From Mobula hypostoma (lineage: Eukaryota): a DNA stretch of 64,000 nucleotides. Below, in pieces: positions 24,620 to 37,490 of the stretch. The stretch lies in NCBI RefSeq assembly GCF_963921235.1, contig NC_086118.1, positions 12,960,001 to 13,024,000 on the forward strand, read 5' to 3'. Within the stretch, counting starts at the first letter, position 1. Every line of letters starts with the position of its first letter. Made by a program: the position numbers and the translations under genes. The notes under the pieces were generated by a model, which made no database searches, was not told where the DNA came from, and saw only the letters and a list, made by a program, of their open reading frames with translations.

Positions 24620-26165
24620 TTCAATATGAATGCATGCAGTATACGGAATCGGGTAGATGACCTTGTAGCACAGTTAGAGATTGGCAGGTATGATATGTGG
24701 GCATCACTGAGTCATGGCTGAGGGAAGATTTTTACTGGGAGCTTAACTTCCAAGGAAACATATTGCATTGAAAGGACAAGCAGGTAGGCGGAGGGGATGG
24801 GGTGGCTCTGCTGGGGAAAAATGAAATCAAATCTTTAGAAAGCATTGGTATAGGATCAGAAAGTGTAGCATCTTTGTAGGTAGAGGTAAGAAACTGCAAG
24901 GGTAAAAAGACCCTGATGGAAGTTACAGCCCTCCAATCAGTAGACAGGACGTGGGCTACAAATTACAAAAGGAAATAGAAAACGCGTGTCAAAAGGGCAA
25001 TTTTATGATAATCATGAGAGAGTCAACATGCAGGTAGTTTGGTGTTTGATCCCAAGAGAGGTAATTTCTAGAATGCCTACTAGATGGCTTTTTAAAACAG
25101 GTCATAGTCAGAATGGAGTGAAGGGAAATACAGAAGTATGAGAGAGGAGCTGGCCAAAATTGATTGGAAGGAGACACTAACAGGGATGATGGCAATGGCT
25201 GGAGCTTCTGGGAGCAATTCAGAAGATGCAGGATAGATACATCCCAAAGAGAAAAAGATTTTCAAAGGAAGACACAAATGAGAAGTCAAAGCTTCTTTGG
25301 TTCTTTGCAGATTGAGTCAGTGTTGAAGAAGGCAAATGCAGTGTTAGCATTCATTTTGAGAGGACCAGAATATAAAGGAAGTAATGTTGAGGCTTGATAA
25401 GGCACTGGCAAGGCCTCACTTGGACTAGGTGTGGTTGGCGAGATTGAGGTTCGACAAATGGTTTTGCACTGCATTTTTGCACTTGTTGGTAAACATGGCA
25501 ATGGATGGTGTGTTTTCGTGTAAAGTCCCAGAGACAGCAGAACATGTAATCGAGGTGCACCCCAGATATCTGTTGGAACATAGGAAGCTGTTTAGGCAAT
25601 TACTGGGTCAGTCTGGGGTGCCTAGCTTGCAGGATATTCTGCCACCTGAGGCAGGGCTGATTAAGTCATGTAGGACCATGTAGCTTTTTAATTAAGTCAG
25701 GTTTGGGAGGCAGAATCAGATCCCCACCATGGCTCCCTTCGTACTCCATTACAGTAGGTGGCAGTAATGCACCTTCCTGACAGGAGCGAGCTGCATTTAG
25801 CACAAAAGAAGAAGAAGAAATATGTGCTTCACCGGTCTGCAGTCTGTTGATTACAGAGGTAAGCTGTTCAGAGAGTCTAAAATTAGAGGACATAGATTTA
25901 ATGTGAAAGGGGGAAGATTTAAAAAGGGCTCAAGAGGAAATGCTTTCACATAAAGTATGGCATGTAGCTGGAATGGTTTGCCAAAGGAAGCTGTAGAGAT
26001 GGGTACAATTACAATGTTTAAATGACATTCAGATAGACACATGGATTGAAAACATTGAGATGGATATGAGCTAAATGCAAGCAAATGGAACTAACTCAAA
26101 ATGACAGCTTGGTCTACATGGATAGGTTGGGCTAAAAGTCATTTTTCTGTACTTTATAACTCTGT
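24620..26165 (+). mobile_element. Fragmented CR1 (endonuclease to 3' end)
   Basis: NACSIRNRVDDL, GITESWL, GGGVALL endonuclease motifs, then VLKKANAVLAFI, and a 3' segment with the CR1 tail. Confidence 0.8.
25428..25819 (+). mobile_element. Nimb/I-group LINE 3' end nested in CR1
   Basis: WLARLRF...GKH-NG-C...C-VPETAEHV C-terminal zinc knuckle. 3' UTR CAGTAGGTGGCAGTAATGCACC and (GAA)n tail. Confidence 0.7.
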
Positions 26166-26309
26166 GAGATTATCTGCAAACTCTCTTTGCAATCTCTACT
26201 CTAAGAGGGTTTTATTCTATTTACATGAAATTTAAGTAGATGCTAATTCATATGATAGCGGTATATTCTTGAGACCAGCTATTAAGGAGTATGCGCAATA
26301 ACTGGAATT

Positions 26310-26620
26310 GGGCAGCACAATGATTCAGAGCTGCTACCTCAGGTCTCCATTGAGCCAGGTCTGATTCCGACACATTTTCCACATTCTCCCTGTGACCACA
26401 TGGCTTTCCACCTGGTATTCCAGCTTCCTCCCACACTCCAATGATGTGCAGGTAAGTAAGCTGCAGGTTGGAAAATTATCCAGAGCGTAGGTGTGCATTA
26501 AAGAAAATATCAAGCCAGTGTTAATGGGCAAGAGATGTAGCAGGAAACAAGTGGGGAATAGGATTGATATAATTGTTCTGTTAACCACCATGGACTTGAT
26601 GGCCAAAATGGCCTCTGTCT
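26310..26620 (+). mobile_element. V-SINE
   Basis: GGCAGCACAATGATTCAGAGCTGCTACCTCA head and CAGCTTCCTCCCACACTCCAATGATGTG V-domain. Confidence 0.65.
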
Positions 26621-27512
26621 GTGCCCCAAGGAAATATGAAATGTTTCACCTGATGAGATCTTATCTTCAGATGACTCCAGTTGCCAGCCTTCAGTCTGAA
26701 CGGTAGAATTTGTGAAAGTAGCTGGCAAATAGACTTGTATTGAGGAAGGTAACACCTCTGCAAGGTGATTTATGGAACAGTCTGCACTAAAGAGCCTTTT
26801 TGAGTTGAAAGCCACTTTTTGCTGCAAGAAGAATATTAACACCCTGGACAATACAAGCTGAAGATCTGACACAAATTAGTCTGCTGCTTCAGATTGTGTG
26901 ATATCACAGTGTGAATCTGCTATAGCACAGAACAATTCTTCAGAAGAAGTGACATTAATTGATAGAATTTTTAGGTGCATTAAAGTGCTCCATTGGTTGT
27001 GGGGTATCCTGTACTGTTTTGTGAATGTCACCTAAATGTGTGTTGTTTATTGTTATAAAAATCTGGCATTAAGCTTTAAGTCTGGAACATTTTAAGATGC
27101 AGATATTTCGTCGCTTCAAGATTCAAGATTGTTTAATGTCATCTCCAGTATACGACTGTAAAAGAGAATGAAATAACTGTTACTCCAATTCCTTCCCTAT
27201 GCCTTTACAAATTCAAATTTATTTATCACGTGTACATCGAAACATACGTGAAATGTGCCATTTACATTAACAACCATCACACCCAAGGATGTGCAGGGGG
27301 CAACCCACAAGCGTTGACACACATTGCTTTGCCAACATAGCATGTCCTCAATGCTCAGCAGAACTCAACAAGCAAAAAATCAATGACAGCAAAACAGGCT
27401 CCTGCTTCTCCCTCCTACCCATGCAAAGACAGTCATCTAACCCAAAGACTAATTGTATTCTTCAGTCTCCAGACTCAGACTTGGATTTAGATTTGGACAG
27501 GCAACCCTATGC

Positions 27513-29296
27513 CTTTGACTACTCCAGTGGACAGGCAGTCATGCCCCTTTGACTGCTGGACAGGCAGTCATGCTCCTTTGACTGCTGGACAGGCAATCGA
27601 GCGCCTTTGACTACTGGACAGGCAGTCATGCCCCTTTGACTACTGGACAGGCAGTCATGCCCCTTTGACCACTGGACAGGCAATCAAGAGCCTTTGACTA
27701 CTGGACAGGTAATCGAGAGCCTTTGACTACTGGACAGGCAATCGAGCACCTTTGACTACTGGACAGGCAATCGAGCACCTTTGACTACTGGACAGGCAAT
27801 CGAGAGCCTTTGACTACTGGACAGGCAATCGAGCGCCTTTGACTACTGGACAGGCAATCGAGAGCCTTTGACTACTGGACAGGCAATCGAGAGCCTTTGA
27901 CTACTGGACAGGCAATCGAGAGCCTTTGACTACTGGACAGGCAATCGAGAGCCTTTGACTACTGGACAGGCAATCGAGCGCCTTTGACTACTGGACAGGC
28001 AATCGAGAGCCTTTGACTACTGGACAGGCAATCGAGAGCCTTTGACTACTGGACAGGCAATCGAGCGCCTTTGACTACTGGACAGGCAATCGAGAGCCTT
28101 TGACTACTGGACAGGCAATCGAGCGCCTTTGACTACTGGACAGGCAATCGAGAGCCTTTGACTACTGGACAGGCAATCGAGCGCCTTTGACTACTGGACA
28201 GGCAATCGAGAGCCTTTGACTACTGGACAGGCAATCGAGCGCCTTTGACTACTGGACAGGCAATCGAGCGCCTTTGACTACTGGACAGGCAATCGAGCGC
28301 CTTTGACTACTGGACAGGCAATCGAGAGCCTTTGACTACTGGACAGGCAATCGAGAGCCTTTGACTACTGGACAGGCAATCGAGCGCCGTTGACTACTGG
28401 ACAGGCAATCGAGCGCCTTTGACTACTGGACAGGCAGTCGTGCTCCTTTGACTACTGGACAGGCAATCGAGCGCCTTTGACTACTGGACAGGCAATCGAG
28501 AGCCTTTGACTACTGGACAGGCAGTCGAGAGCCTTTGACTACTGGACAGGCAATCGAGCGCCTTTGACTACTGGACAGGCAATCGAGCACCTTTGACTAC
28601 TGGACAGGCAATCGAGCGCCGTTGACTACTGGACAGGCAGTCGTGCTCCTTTGACTACTGGACAGGCAATCGAGAGCCTTTGACTACTGGACAGGCAGTC
28701 GAGAGCCTTTGACTACTGGACAGGCAATCGAGCGCCTTTGACTACTGGACAGGCAATCGAGAGCCTTTGACTACTGGACAGGCAATCGAGCGCCGTTGAC
28801 TACTGGACAGGCAGTCGTGCTCCTTTGACTATTGGACAGGCAATCGAGCGCCTTTGACTACTGGACAGGCAGTCGAGAGCCTTTGACTACTGGACAGGCA
28901 ATCGAGCGCCTTTGACTACTGGACAGGCAATCGAGAGCCTTTGACTACTGGACAGGCAATCGAGAGCCTTTGACTACTGGACAGGCAATCGAGCGCCTTT
29001 GACTACTGGACAGGCAGTCGAGAGCCTTTGACTACTGGACAGGCAATCGAGAGCCTTTGACTACTGGACAGGCAATCGAGCGCCTTTGACTACTGGACAG
29101 GCAGTCGTGCTCCTTTGACTACTGGACAGGCAATCGAGCGCCTTTGACTACTGGACAGGCAATCGAGCGCCTTTGACTACTGGACAGGCAGTCGTGCTCC
29201 TTTGACTACTGGACAGGCAGTCGAGCGCCTTTGACTACTGGACAGGCAGTCGTGCTCCTTTGACTACTGGACAGGCAGTCGAGCGCCTTTGACTAG
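27513..29296. repeat. 29-bp minisatellite, ~61 copies
   Basis: Consensus CCTTTGACTACTGGACAGGCAATCGAG(A/C)G, with variants GTCATGCC, GTCGTGCT, GTCGAGAG and CCGTTGAC. Head-to-tail with no spacers. Confidence 0.98.
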
Positions 29297-29499
29297 CCCA
29301 GTGGAATCTGTGAATTCTTAAACTTGAAGCATAAAAACCTTGCCATACACATACACATACACACACGTAATTAACAAATAAAATTAATGTGAACCTTTAC
29401 TGAAAATAAACAGGTGAGTACAAAACCAGGGAAGTCTTTGTGTGGAGAAGTCCAACTACATCTGGATAGGGTGTCAATGAGATCATACATGAAACACTT

Positions 29500-30020
29500 C
29501 ATTATTGATTTCAGGCTCCTTTTTCAAGAGAGATACACTTGTATTGGAAGTGAAGGTTCTGGGGATTGATTCCTGTGATGAAGGGGTTACTTTATAAGAA
29601 TAGTTCAGGTTGGTTGCGCATATTTTTTATTGGAAATTAGAAGCATAGGATGAGATACTATTGAACTGTAATATACCATAGAGGATTCATTGGATGGCTG
29701 CCAAGAGGATGATCCCCTTGTTGGGGACATCTAGAGTTAAAGGGTGTCGTTTCAGAATAAGGGGTGACCAATTTAAGATAGAAGCAAGGAAGAATTTATT
29801 TTCTCAGGGTCTTCGGAGTCTTTGGAAATATCTAACCCAGCGTTTCATTGTATATGTTCAAAGCTGAAACAGACAGATCTTTGGTTAATTGACTTTGTGG
29901 GTACAGGCAAAACATGGAACTGGAAAAAGATCAGGTAAGCGAAAATTTTATTAAGTGGAGGAGAAAGTTTGAGAGGCACTTGACCTGTTCTCGTACCTAC
30001 TTCTTTCATGTTTTGTTCTT
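29500..30020 (+). mobile_element. Old CR1 3' fragment
   Basis: Decayed 'LEFRR-R-D-IE-Y-I' and 'R--GH--RIRG--FK-E-R-N-FSQ' CR1 C-terminal coding pattern. Confidence 0.6.
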
Positions 30021-30694
30021 GTGACATAAAGGTTTGGAGAGAATATGGAGGCAACCTATTGAAATGCTTCCTGGGAGAAGAGATTGCAGTTCTATAGATA
30101 TTCTGGCGAATACATCTTTAAAGCAGAGGAGGCTAAGAGATTTGGTTTAGACAAAGTAAATGAAGAGAAACTGCTTCCAGTGGCTGGAGGGTTGTTAACT
30201 AAAGGAGGTTGTAACTTGAAGAATAATTGGCAAAAGAACATTACTCTATATGAGAGAAACACATTTTGGAAGATAATGAATAAGGATTCTATCCTCATTT
30301 GCAAAATGGAATTGGTTGAAAATTTGAAGGACAAATTCATTTAGCGTTATCCAAAAGAAATGGGGAAGTGGGACCAGCTAGATTGGTATTGACATGCACA
30401 GTCATTGCTCCACAGAGAGTACTTAAGGTCAGACACATTCCAATGAATTTATCCTCCAATTTGCATTAAGTCTATTGCCTTTGTCAACATGCTTTGTGCC
30501 TTTCACCACTTTCTACCTTGTCTGCTTCCAGCTGTGACTGTACTGGACAGATCCTAGGCCAAGTTCCCGCTCTGACAAATTGTTTTGAGGTAGAGAGCAC
30601 AAAATCAAGTGTTTTCACTGAACCAATCTATGCCAAGCAAGGTACCCATGTAAGCTCATCCATTTACCAATGTTTGGCCCATATCCCTCTAAAC

Positions 30695-30773
30695 CAAGGT
30701 TTCCCAACCTGGGGTCCATGGACCCCTCAATTAATGAAAAGGTTGCATGGCATTAAAAGGTTGGGAACCCCTG
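30695..30773. mobile_element. hAT (Charlie-type) MITE, 79 bp
   Basis: TIRs CAAGGTTTCCCAACCT and AGGTTGGGAACCCCTG. 8-bp TSD CTCTAAAC at 30687-30694 and 30774-30781. Confidence 0.88.
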
Positions 30774-32589
30774 CTCTAAACCTTTCCTAATAGAGACATA
30801 CTTTTGAAGACTTTGTCTGTTAATTATGCATTACATTTTCTCTCTCAGCTCAAACCTATTCCAAGAATTACTACACAGAAAAAATAGAGTATACTGGGAA
30901 AATACATGTCTAAGGACTATTATTATACTGTCTAAATTATCCAGCAAATTGTTGGGATGAACGGATGTGATTTTGCCGAAGCATTTTTGATTGTCCATCA
31001 CCACCTTGTGAAGTCTTTCACTCATCCTCAGTCACTCCAAGTTTCAGAACACTGCTGTGTTTACTCATGAACTCTTTGTTAATCTTGTCACAGAGAGTTA
31101 GGGCTGGATAATTATTGTCATAACTACCTTCAAGGAAAGTAAACTCTCAGGCTCAGTTAAAGAATAATTTAAATGAGGAACCATCAATCCTGCATGCAGA
31201 AAATCAGATTGAGATTATAAATAAAATGCTTTAATTAATCTTTTCATAAGTCAATTGTGATATTTTTTGTCTAGCAATTATGCTTCACTTCTTTTATTAT
31301 TCCATACCTAATTTGAGAGCAACTCATCCAATCATTGGCATTCCTGTGTTTCCTTGAATCTTATTCTTTAGGGTGAGAGTTCCCAAGGCTCCAAGTATCC
31401 TTCTCGTTTGCACTAATTATTATCACCTTCTACATGCATCAGTGAGGAGTGTTCATCTTTGTTTGTATTGATGACTGAAGGAAAATAGAGCTGCAGCCAG
31501 TTGTCCCACTCCATCACGATTTAGGCTATTCAAGCGCAAAATACCTGTGGACAATCACTTCTGGCTCAGTTGGTGCTCAGTTTATTACCTTGTGTTTCAG
31601 AAGCAATTATAGGATTTATATTGAATGTCACTGTAGCTGAGTGATGGTTATAATATACTCTGTCTTGCATAAAACCCATGTGCAGAATGCTACACCACAA
31701 CCTCACCCTTTTTCAATATATCTTCTGATGACTAAACCTCATTATGATTAAAACAAACATCATATGGTGCTGGGAGACCTTTGGCCCTTAGAAACCAGGA
31801 ATGTCTAAAACCTAATTCTTTCCAGCTATTACTAACACCAACAGCAGTCGGTTCAGTACTGAATATTAAGCATAGTCAAGAAAAAGGGTGATAGAACTTT
31901 ACGTTAAATGTAGTTCAAAATGTTCTTCAACAGCCTTGCTACTAGTCAGGTAAATTACAAACAATTTACCCAATGTTGAGCATTCCAATTAAATGCAAAA
32001 CTACCCAAAAAAGAGATTTTATTAAATAAAGTTTCCCATTGTTTTGTTTTCTTGAGCTCCTATAAACTTGAGGGTGATGTTTTGAGAATTCAGGGTCCTG
32101 AATCTGATTTTTTTGGTAATTCAGTATTTAATCATTGACTTTTCCATTTGCAGTCCTGCCTTATTTAAGTTTCTATTGTTGATATTGTGAGATTACTAAA
32201 GGCTTAAAGTTTTGACCTTTTCAACTCTTCCTTTTCCCCAAACAAAAATACAGGCATTAAGTGTGGGCCAATACATGATTGCAGAGGACAGCAGCATTGT
32301 GAAGCTGTGTATTTCTGACATGAGATGAAACATCTTCCTCCATTTGATTGGTTCAGTTGAATGCCAAAGATTGCTTGACATTGGAAGGATATGAAAAACA
32401 ATTATCAGTTCTCCCAGTGTCTTCCAGTAAGGTAACATCGCGTTTACACACAGCAGCCTCTCGAGGGTCAACCAAAGGTGCTCTTTTCTGTGTTAAATGC
32501 ACTTTTGTACAGAGTAAGACTATTCTTAATCCAATAACTATGTGTACAGTAGGTTCATTGCATCAGTGAGCTGCTCATTATTCAGAACA

Positions 32590-33310
32590 GCCTGCTGGGT
32601 TGTCATACGAGCCAGCCAGAGGTTCAGAGATGGCGAGTCGGCCTGTTGGGCCAAGAGATTCAGGTTGGGTCATCAGGCCGAGGGACTTGAGTCAGGTTGA
32701 GCTGTCAGGCTGTGGGGCTGGCGGATTCAAGTCAGGTCACAGAGAAGCCGGACTGGGTTCAGAAGAGCCGACCTGGGTGCAGATCATGCTGCAGCTTCCA
32801 ACTCGGAGACACTGGAGTTGGTGCCTTGAAGTTGACATAAAGGCAGCATGTAATGTATCCATGAGTGACTGTCTTGGATGTCTCCTCTGTGATCGCAGGT
32901 CCTTGTTGGACATAGATTGCCGCAGGCCTGCTTCCCTTGTTTGCTGCGAGACAGGCGATGAGGCAACAGTGTTGTATCGGTTGTAACGAGGACTAGTTCT
33001 CAAGCCTCAGGCTTGTGTTATAGTGTGGCATCCAGGTTTACTTGAGTGTGGCCTCTCCTGTCAGTGCTGCCCTCAAGTGCTGGAGTGCCAGAATTGCAGG
33101 CTGGACTGCCGGGAACAATCAATCTGAGGGACTTGTCTCTCAGGGTCTGGGACTAAATATATGTTTTCTTACATGACTTTTTTTTTTGCTCTTTCTCATT
33201 ATTTTGAATAAGTGTGTATGTTCTTGCACCTTGGTCCTAGAGGTACACTGTTTTGTTCAGCTATATCTATGTATAATTTGAATGACAATTAAACTTGATT
33301 TGATTTGATT
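32590..33310 (+). mobile_element. Non-autonomous LINE derivative with (TGATT)n tail
   Basis: GC-rich degenerate-repeat body ending GAATGACAATTAAACTTGATTTGATTTGATT. Confidence 0.5.
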
Positions 33311-33317
33311 AATTTGA

Positions 33318-33760
33318 GTGTCCTCTACCCAGGCCATCACTCTCAGCATTGCAAAAACAGGTCACCCTCTTCAGCAGGCATCTCTGAGATAAGATTCTCA
33401 AAACAGTTTCTCTATTCTGAGCTCGGTCAAAACAGTTGATAACTGAGAGAAGGAAAGATTCAAGGATGTGTTCAAAGCCTCCTTGGGAAATTGCAACTTA
33501 CCTGCAACTCCTGGAAGCCTCTAGCCCATGACTGCTGAGATGAAGCATTCAAGATAGTACTGCAACTTTCAGTCTCATGCACCTGGACTACACAGAGACC
33601 CCAAAGTAAGCAGCGGAAAGAGAGCACAGCCTCAGAAACTGCCCTCCTGCCCACCACAGTACTTATGTCCTGCCCCATTTGGGGAAGAGTCTGTATTTCA
33701 TACATTAATCTCATCAGTAGCCTTCGAACCCAGTGTCTAGTTTGGTTGTCATCTCTGGCA
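33318..33760 (+). mobile_element. RTE-clade LINE ORF2 C-terminal fragment
   Basis: RKRFKDV-KASL--CN----SWK-LAHD pattern, and CPIWGRVC---INLISSLRT zinc-finger end. Confidence 0.75.
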
Positions 33761-34339
33761 ACAGCTTTTGATGCCTTTGAATATCCTGATAATTTGTTAA
33801 GTCCAATATCAATGCCATATTTCTCTTGGTTTTATCTGACCACAGGATGAACTCTGAGCCTGCTGTTTCATGATTCAAGTAAAACATGATTTCAAAAATT
33901 ATTTTCCTCACTTCACATAATGTACAAATAAAGGCAGCATTTCACACTTAAAGAGGCAAATATGTAGCCTCACCAGATAAAGAGTGGACCAAAGTACAGA
34001 CTATAACCCCATTAGTGGGATTTCCTTTGGCTAAAGGACCGATAAAAGAGCCAGGCTGCTCTTTTGTAATCAGATTCAGATGAAGGAGTTCTGATAGGTT
34101 TCTTCAGCAAAACTGGAAATCTTGTTTTTTCACAGCTCCTAGAGCTTCCCCTCCTCGAACACAGGAGCTTTGTGTGCTTGGAGGGGTATTCTAAACACTC
34201 ACAGACAACACATAAATGTACTCGTATGGTCATATTTATTGTAGGAACTCTGTGCCATTACTGGTCCTTGTATGATGGCCCTTTTCCCACGTCCCCCTTC
34301 CCAACCTTACTTCTTCTTGCATCTATCCTTGGAAAACTC

Positions 34340-34920
34340 CTTCCCTAAGTTCATGATGGTATGAACATTGATTTCTCTAACTTTTGGTAATTTTTCTTCC
34401 TTCTCTGTTTCTTCATCATCATTTTGGTTCCATTCTCATCCCAGCTCCTCTCCTCACCAGCCCATCACTTCCTTCTAGTGCCTGTTCTACTTTCCTTTCT
34501 TCCGTCACACACTCTCATCTCCACTCAGATTCCTTCTTCTTCAGCTCAGTACTTCTTCCACATCTCATTCTCCAGCTTCTTATTCTGTCTCACATTCCCT
34601 CTCATCTATCACGTTCTAGCTTGTAGTTCTTTCCATTTTCCCAACCTCTTGTTCTTGCGTGAGACACCTTCCTTTACAGTCCTGATGAAGGATCTTGGCC
34701 TGAAATATCAACTGTTTATTCCCCTCCATAGATGCTGCCTGACCAGCTGTGATCTCATGAAGCTGAAGAAATGGATTTGATTTGATTGATTTGAGCGTCC
34801 TCTACCCAGGCCACCACTCACAGCATTGCAAAAAAGTCACCCTCTTCAGTGGGCTGCGTCGTCTGTGTGATGCTCTTGATTTCCAGTATTTGCAGAAACT
34901 CTTGTGTTTATGTTCTCAAG
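34340..34920 (+). mobile_element. Penelope-like 3' end with hammerhead motif
   Basis: DGMNIDFSNFW* (ORF end), pyrimidine-rich UTR, hammerhead at 34677-34714. The family tail is interrupted at ~34757-34868. Confidence 0.8.
34677..34714 (+). ncRNA. Minimal hammerhead ribozyme motif (second copy with intact core)
   Basis: CAGTC-CTGATGA-AGGatcttggCCT-GAAA-TA-TC-AACTG. Confidence 0.6.
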
Positions 34921-35409
34921 GATATGCATGCATCATCTCTTTCAAAATCCTTTTGCTTTGGCAGCTGCTTTTCATTCCCTTACTTCCAGCTTTCACACCC
35001 GGCACAAACCTCAGAAACTTTATATTCAAATCATAATCTCCCCCAATCACCCAATGCAAACTTGATCTTCACTCCCTTAAGCCCAAGGGTCATGGGGTTG
35101 AAAGAATATGACTTGACAGTAAATTTAACCACTCAGTACTGGATCTAGCTAGATCACAGAAAGCATTATTGCACATTGATCTGACCTGCCAGAAAAGAGT
35201 TGATTGTGTCAGAATTTCCAGGGATATAAAGACAACCCCTGATTCTTCTCTGTGCTCAAAAATATCTTAAAATCCTACTCCCTGTCTCTTACAGCCTCAC
35301 CTCCAACAATAAAACAGAGGAGCTCGTGGACATCTTTGTCACTAAGGTCTGCCTCTTCCTTTCCTTCTTCAAATCTGCGGAGTCAGATGCCGGAGGTTGT
35401 ATCCCAAAT

Positions 35410-36095
35410 CACCTGGAATTGGAATTGGTTTATTATTATCACCTACACCAAGACACATACACAATGAGAAGCTTGCCTTGCATACTGTTCATACAGATCA
35501 ATTCAAAGCAGTGCATTGAGGTCGAACAGGGGTAAACAATAACAATGTAGAATAATAACAGCTACAGAGAATGTGCAAGATTAAAATGAGGTAGATTGTG
35601 AGGTCAAGAGTCCATTTTATACAAAAGGTCCACTCGAGAGCTGAAAAGTTGGGATAAAAGCTGTCCTTGAGCCTGATAATAGGTGCTTTGAGGTTTTTGT
35701 ATCTATTTCCTGAAAAAGGGTAGAACTTGGGGGAGAGAGGGGTCTTGGTTTATGCTGGCTGCTTTAGTGAGGTAGTGAGAAATATAGATGGAGTTCATGT
35801 AGTGAAGGCTGAGTTGTGTCTGTAACTCTCTGCAGTTTCTTGCAATCGTGTGCATGGCAGTTGCCATACCAAACCACTATGCATCCAGATATGATGATGC
35901 TTTCTTGGGTGTATAGATAAAAATTGTTAAGTGTTAACAAGGACGTGCCAAATTTCTTTAGCTTCATGAGGAAGTAGAGGAGCTGATGAGCCTTCCTGGT
36001 CATGGTATCTATGTGGATGAACAGAACAGTCTACTGACGATGGTCACTCCTAGGAAATTGAAGCTTTTAACCCTCTCAAACTCAACACTGCTGAT
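35410..36095 (-). mobile_element. Rex1/Babar LINE 3' fragment
   Basis: KAHQLLYFLMKLKKFG...ESII-SGCIVVWYGNC---DCKKLQRV and (TTCCAA)n-type tail. Confidence 0.85.
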
Positions 36096-36859
36096 GTGGC
36101 CACTCGGTGGCCATTTTATTAGGTACACCAGTACACCTGGTCATTACTGCACATATCTAATCTGGCAGTTGATGTCTACCTGTAATCACCCCACCTTTTG
36201 ACAGACAAGCCTACAGATGCTGTGGCCTAAACCTTCTCTGCAACACCATCTCTCTCCTGAACAAATCATCTGCTTTGAGACATTTAGCCAAATGACAATA
36301 TCCCTATGATGGCTTGAAACTACATCAAAGGTAGAGGGTTCTTTTTTTAATTATAAGTTCAATAATAGTTCCAGTTGTTGTTTTTGTTGTGGTAGAAATG
36401 TGCAGCTAATAACAGTGATCAGAAAGAAAAGGCAGAATAAAAGGAGGTGGGTTGAATGTGTACCGAATCCGGAATCGTTATCTGTACTCAATAGCAAAGA
36501 TATGTATCAGTATCTCCTTTCATAGATCTAATGATGGAGTAAAGAGCTATCATACATTATCTATCTCACCAGTACCACAACCAGGCATATTCAATGCCTT
36601 AAATAATTGTGTTACTCTAAGTCAGATATTCCCCATGGAATGCCCCGAATCATGTATCTTCCAACACAATAGGAATGTAAGTTGTTTATTATTAAAGGAA
36701 AACTGGTTAACTGGCATGGATAATTTCACTCACCCCCACTCTCAACTGACACTTCAACCTACTGACACACTTTCAAGGTCTTTTTACAGCTCATTTTCTC
36801 AGTATTCTTATTTTTATTGGGTTATCACAGGAGGTCAGGCAGTACCTCTGGAAAAAATT

Positions 36860-37490
36860 AAACTGTAGACATCTTTGGCTGAAACCATTCTACAGGACTG
36901 GAAAGGAAGAAAGCGGAAGCCAGCAGCAAAAGCGATGGGGAGGGGGAGGCGGACAAACTGGCAGGTGACAGGTGAGAAGAGGTGATGGGGATGATGAGTG
37001 GGAGGGGGAAGAGTGATGATCTGAGAAGTTGGGAGGTGCTAGGTAGAAGAGATAAAAGGCTGAAGAAGGAGGAATCTGATAGGACTTTGGAATAAAGGGA
37101 TGGAGGTAAGGAACCAGAGGGAATTCCTTAAAGATGTTTTTTCAAGTATCTTGGACTGTTTGTTCTACTCTCATCAGAGAGGCTACATAGCTAGGACTAA
37201 CAGACTCAAAAGCAATTACCTTCCCAAAGCAGTAAGGCTGATCAACACCTCCATCCATTAACTCCACTATTACTTCTTTTCCCTTCAGTCACCTTAGCAC
37301 ACCCTAGCATTACTTTATGAGCATACAATTAACATATTATATAAGCTATCTTTGAATTTATATTTGTTGTGTTATTATTACTGTGTTCTTTTCTCTTTTG
37401 TGCTTTTTTTTATACTGCATTGAATAACAACTACTTTGTTCTCCTTCTTGCACGTTTACAGAAAGTGACATTAAACAATCTTGGATCTTG
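36860..37490. mobile_element. Penelope pLTR fragment (minus, ~36860-37125) next to a Rex1/Babar 3' end (plus, ~37145-37490)
   Basis: Purine-rich inverted Penelope UTR with decayed hammerhead, then 'RLK-NY-FP-AVRLIN' and ATCTTGAATCTTG-type tail. Confidence 0.6.

Noticed and set aside
27513..29296. Resemblance of the repeat core TTTGACTACTGG (FDYW) to immunoglobulin JH segments
   Set aside because: No WGxG frame, no heptamer/nonamer RSS and no splice donor. The 29-bp unit shifts frame and has stops on both strands. The seed copies at the borders read GACTACTCCAGTGG and lie inside a retroelement, so the match looks coincidental.
27513..29296. CRISPR-like array
   Set aside because: The variable parts are 9-bp point variants of one sequence, not unique spacers. 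Vertebrate context, no cas genes.
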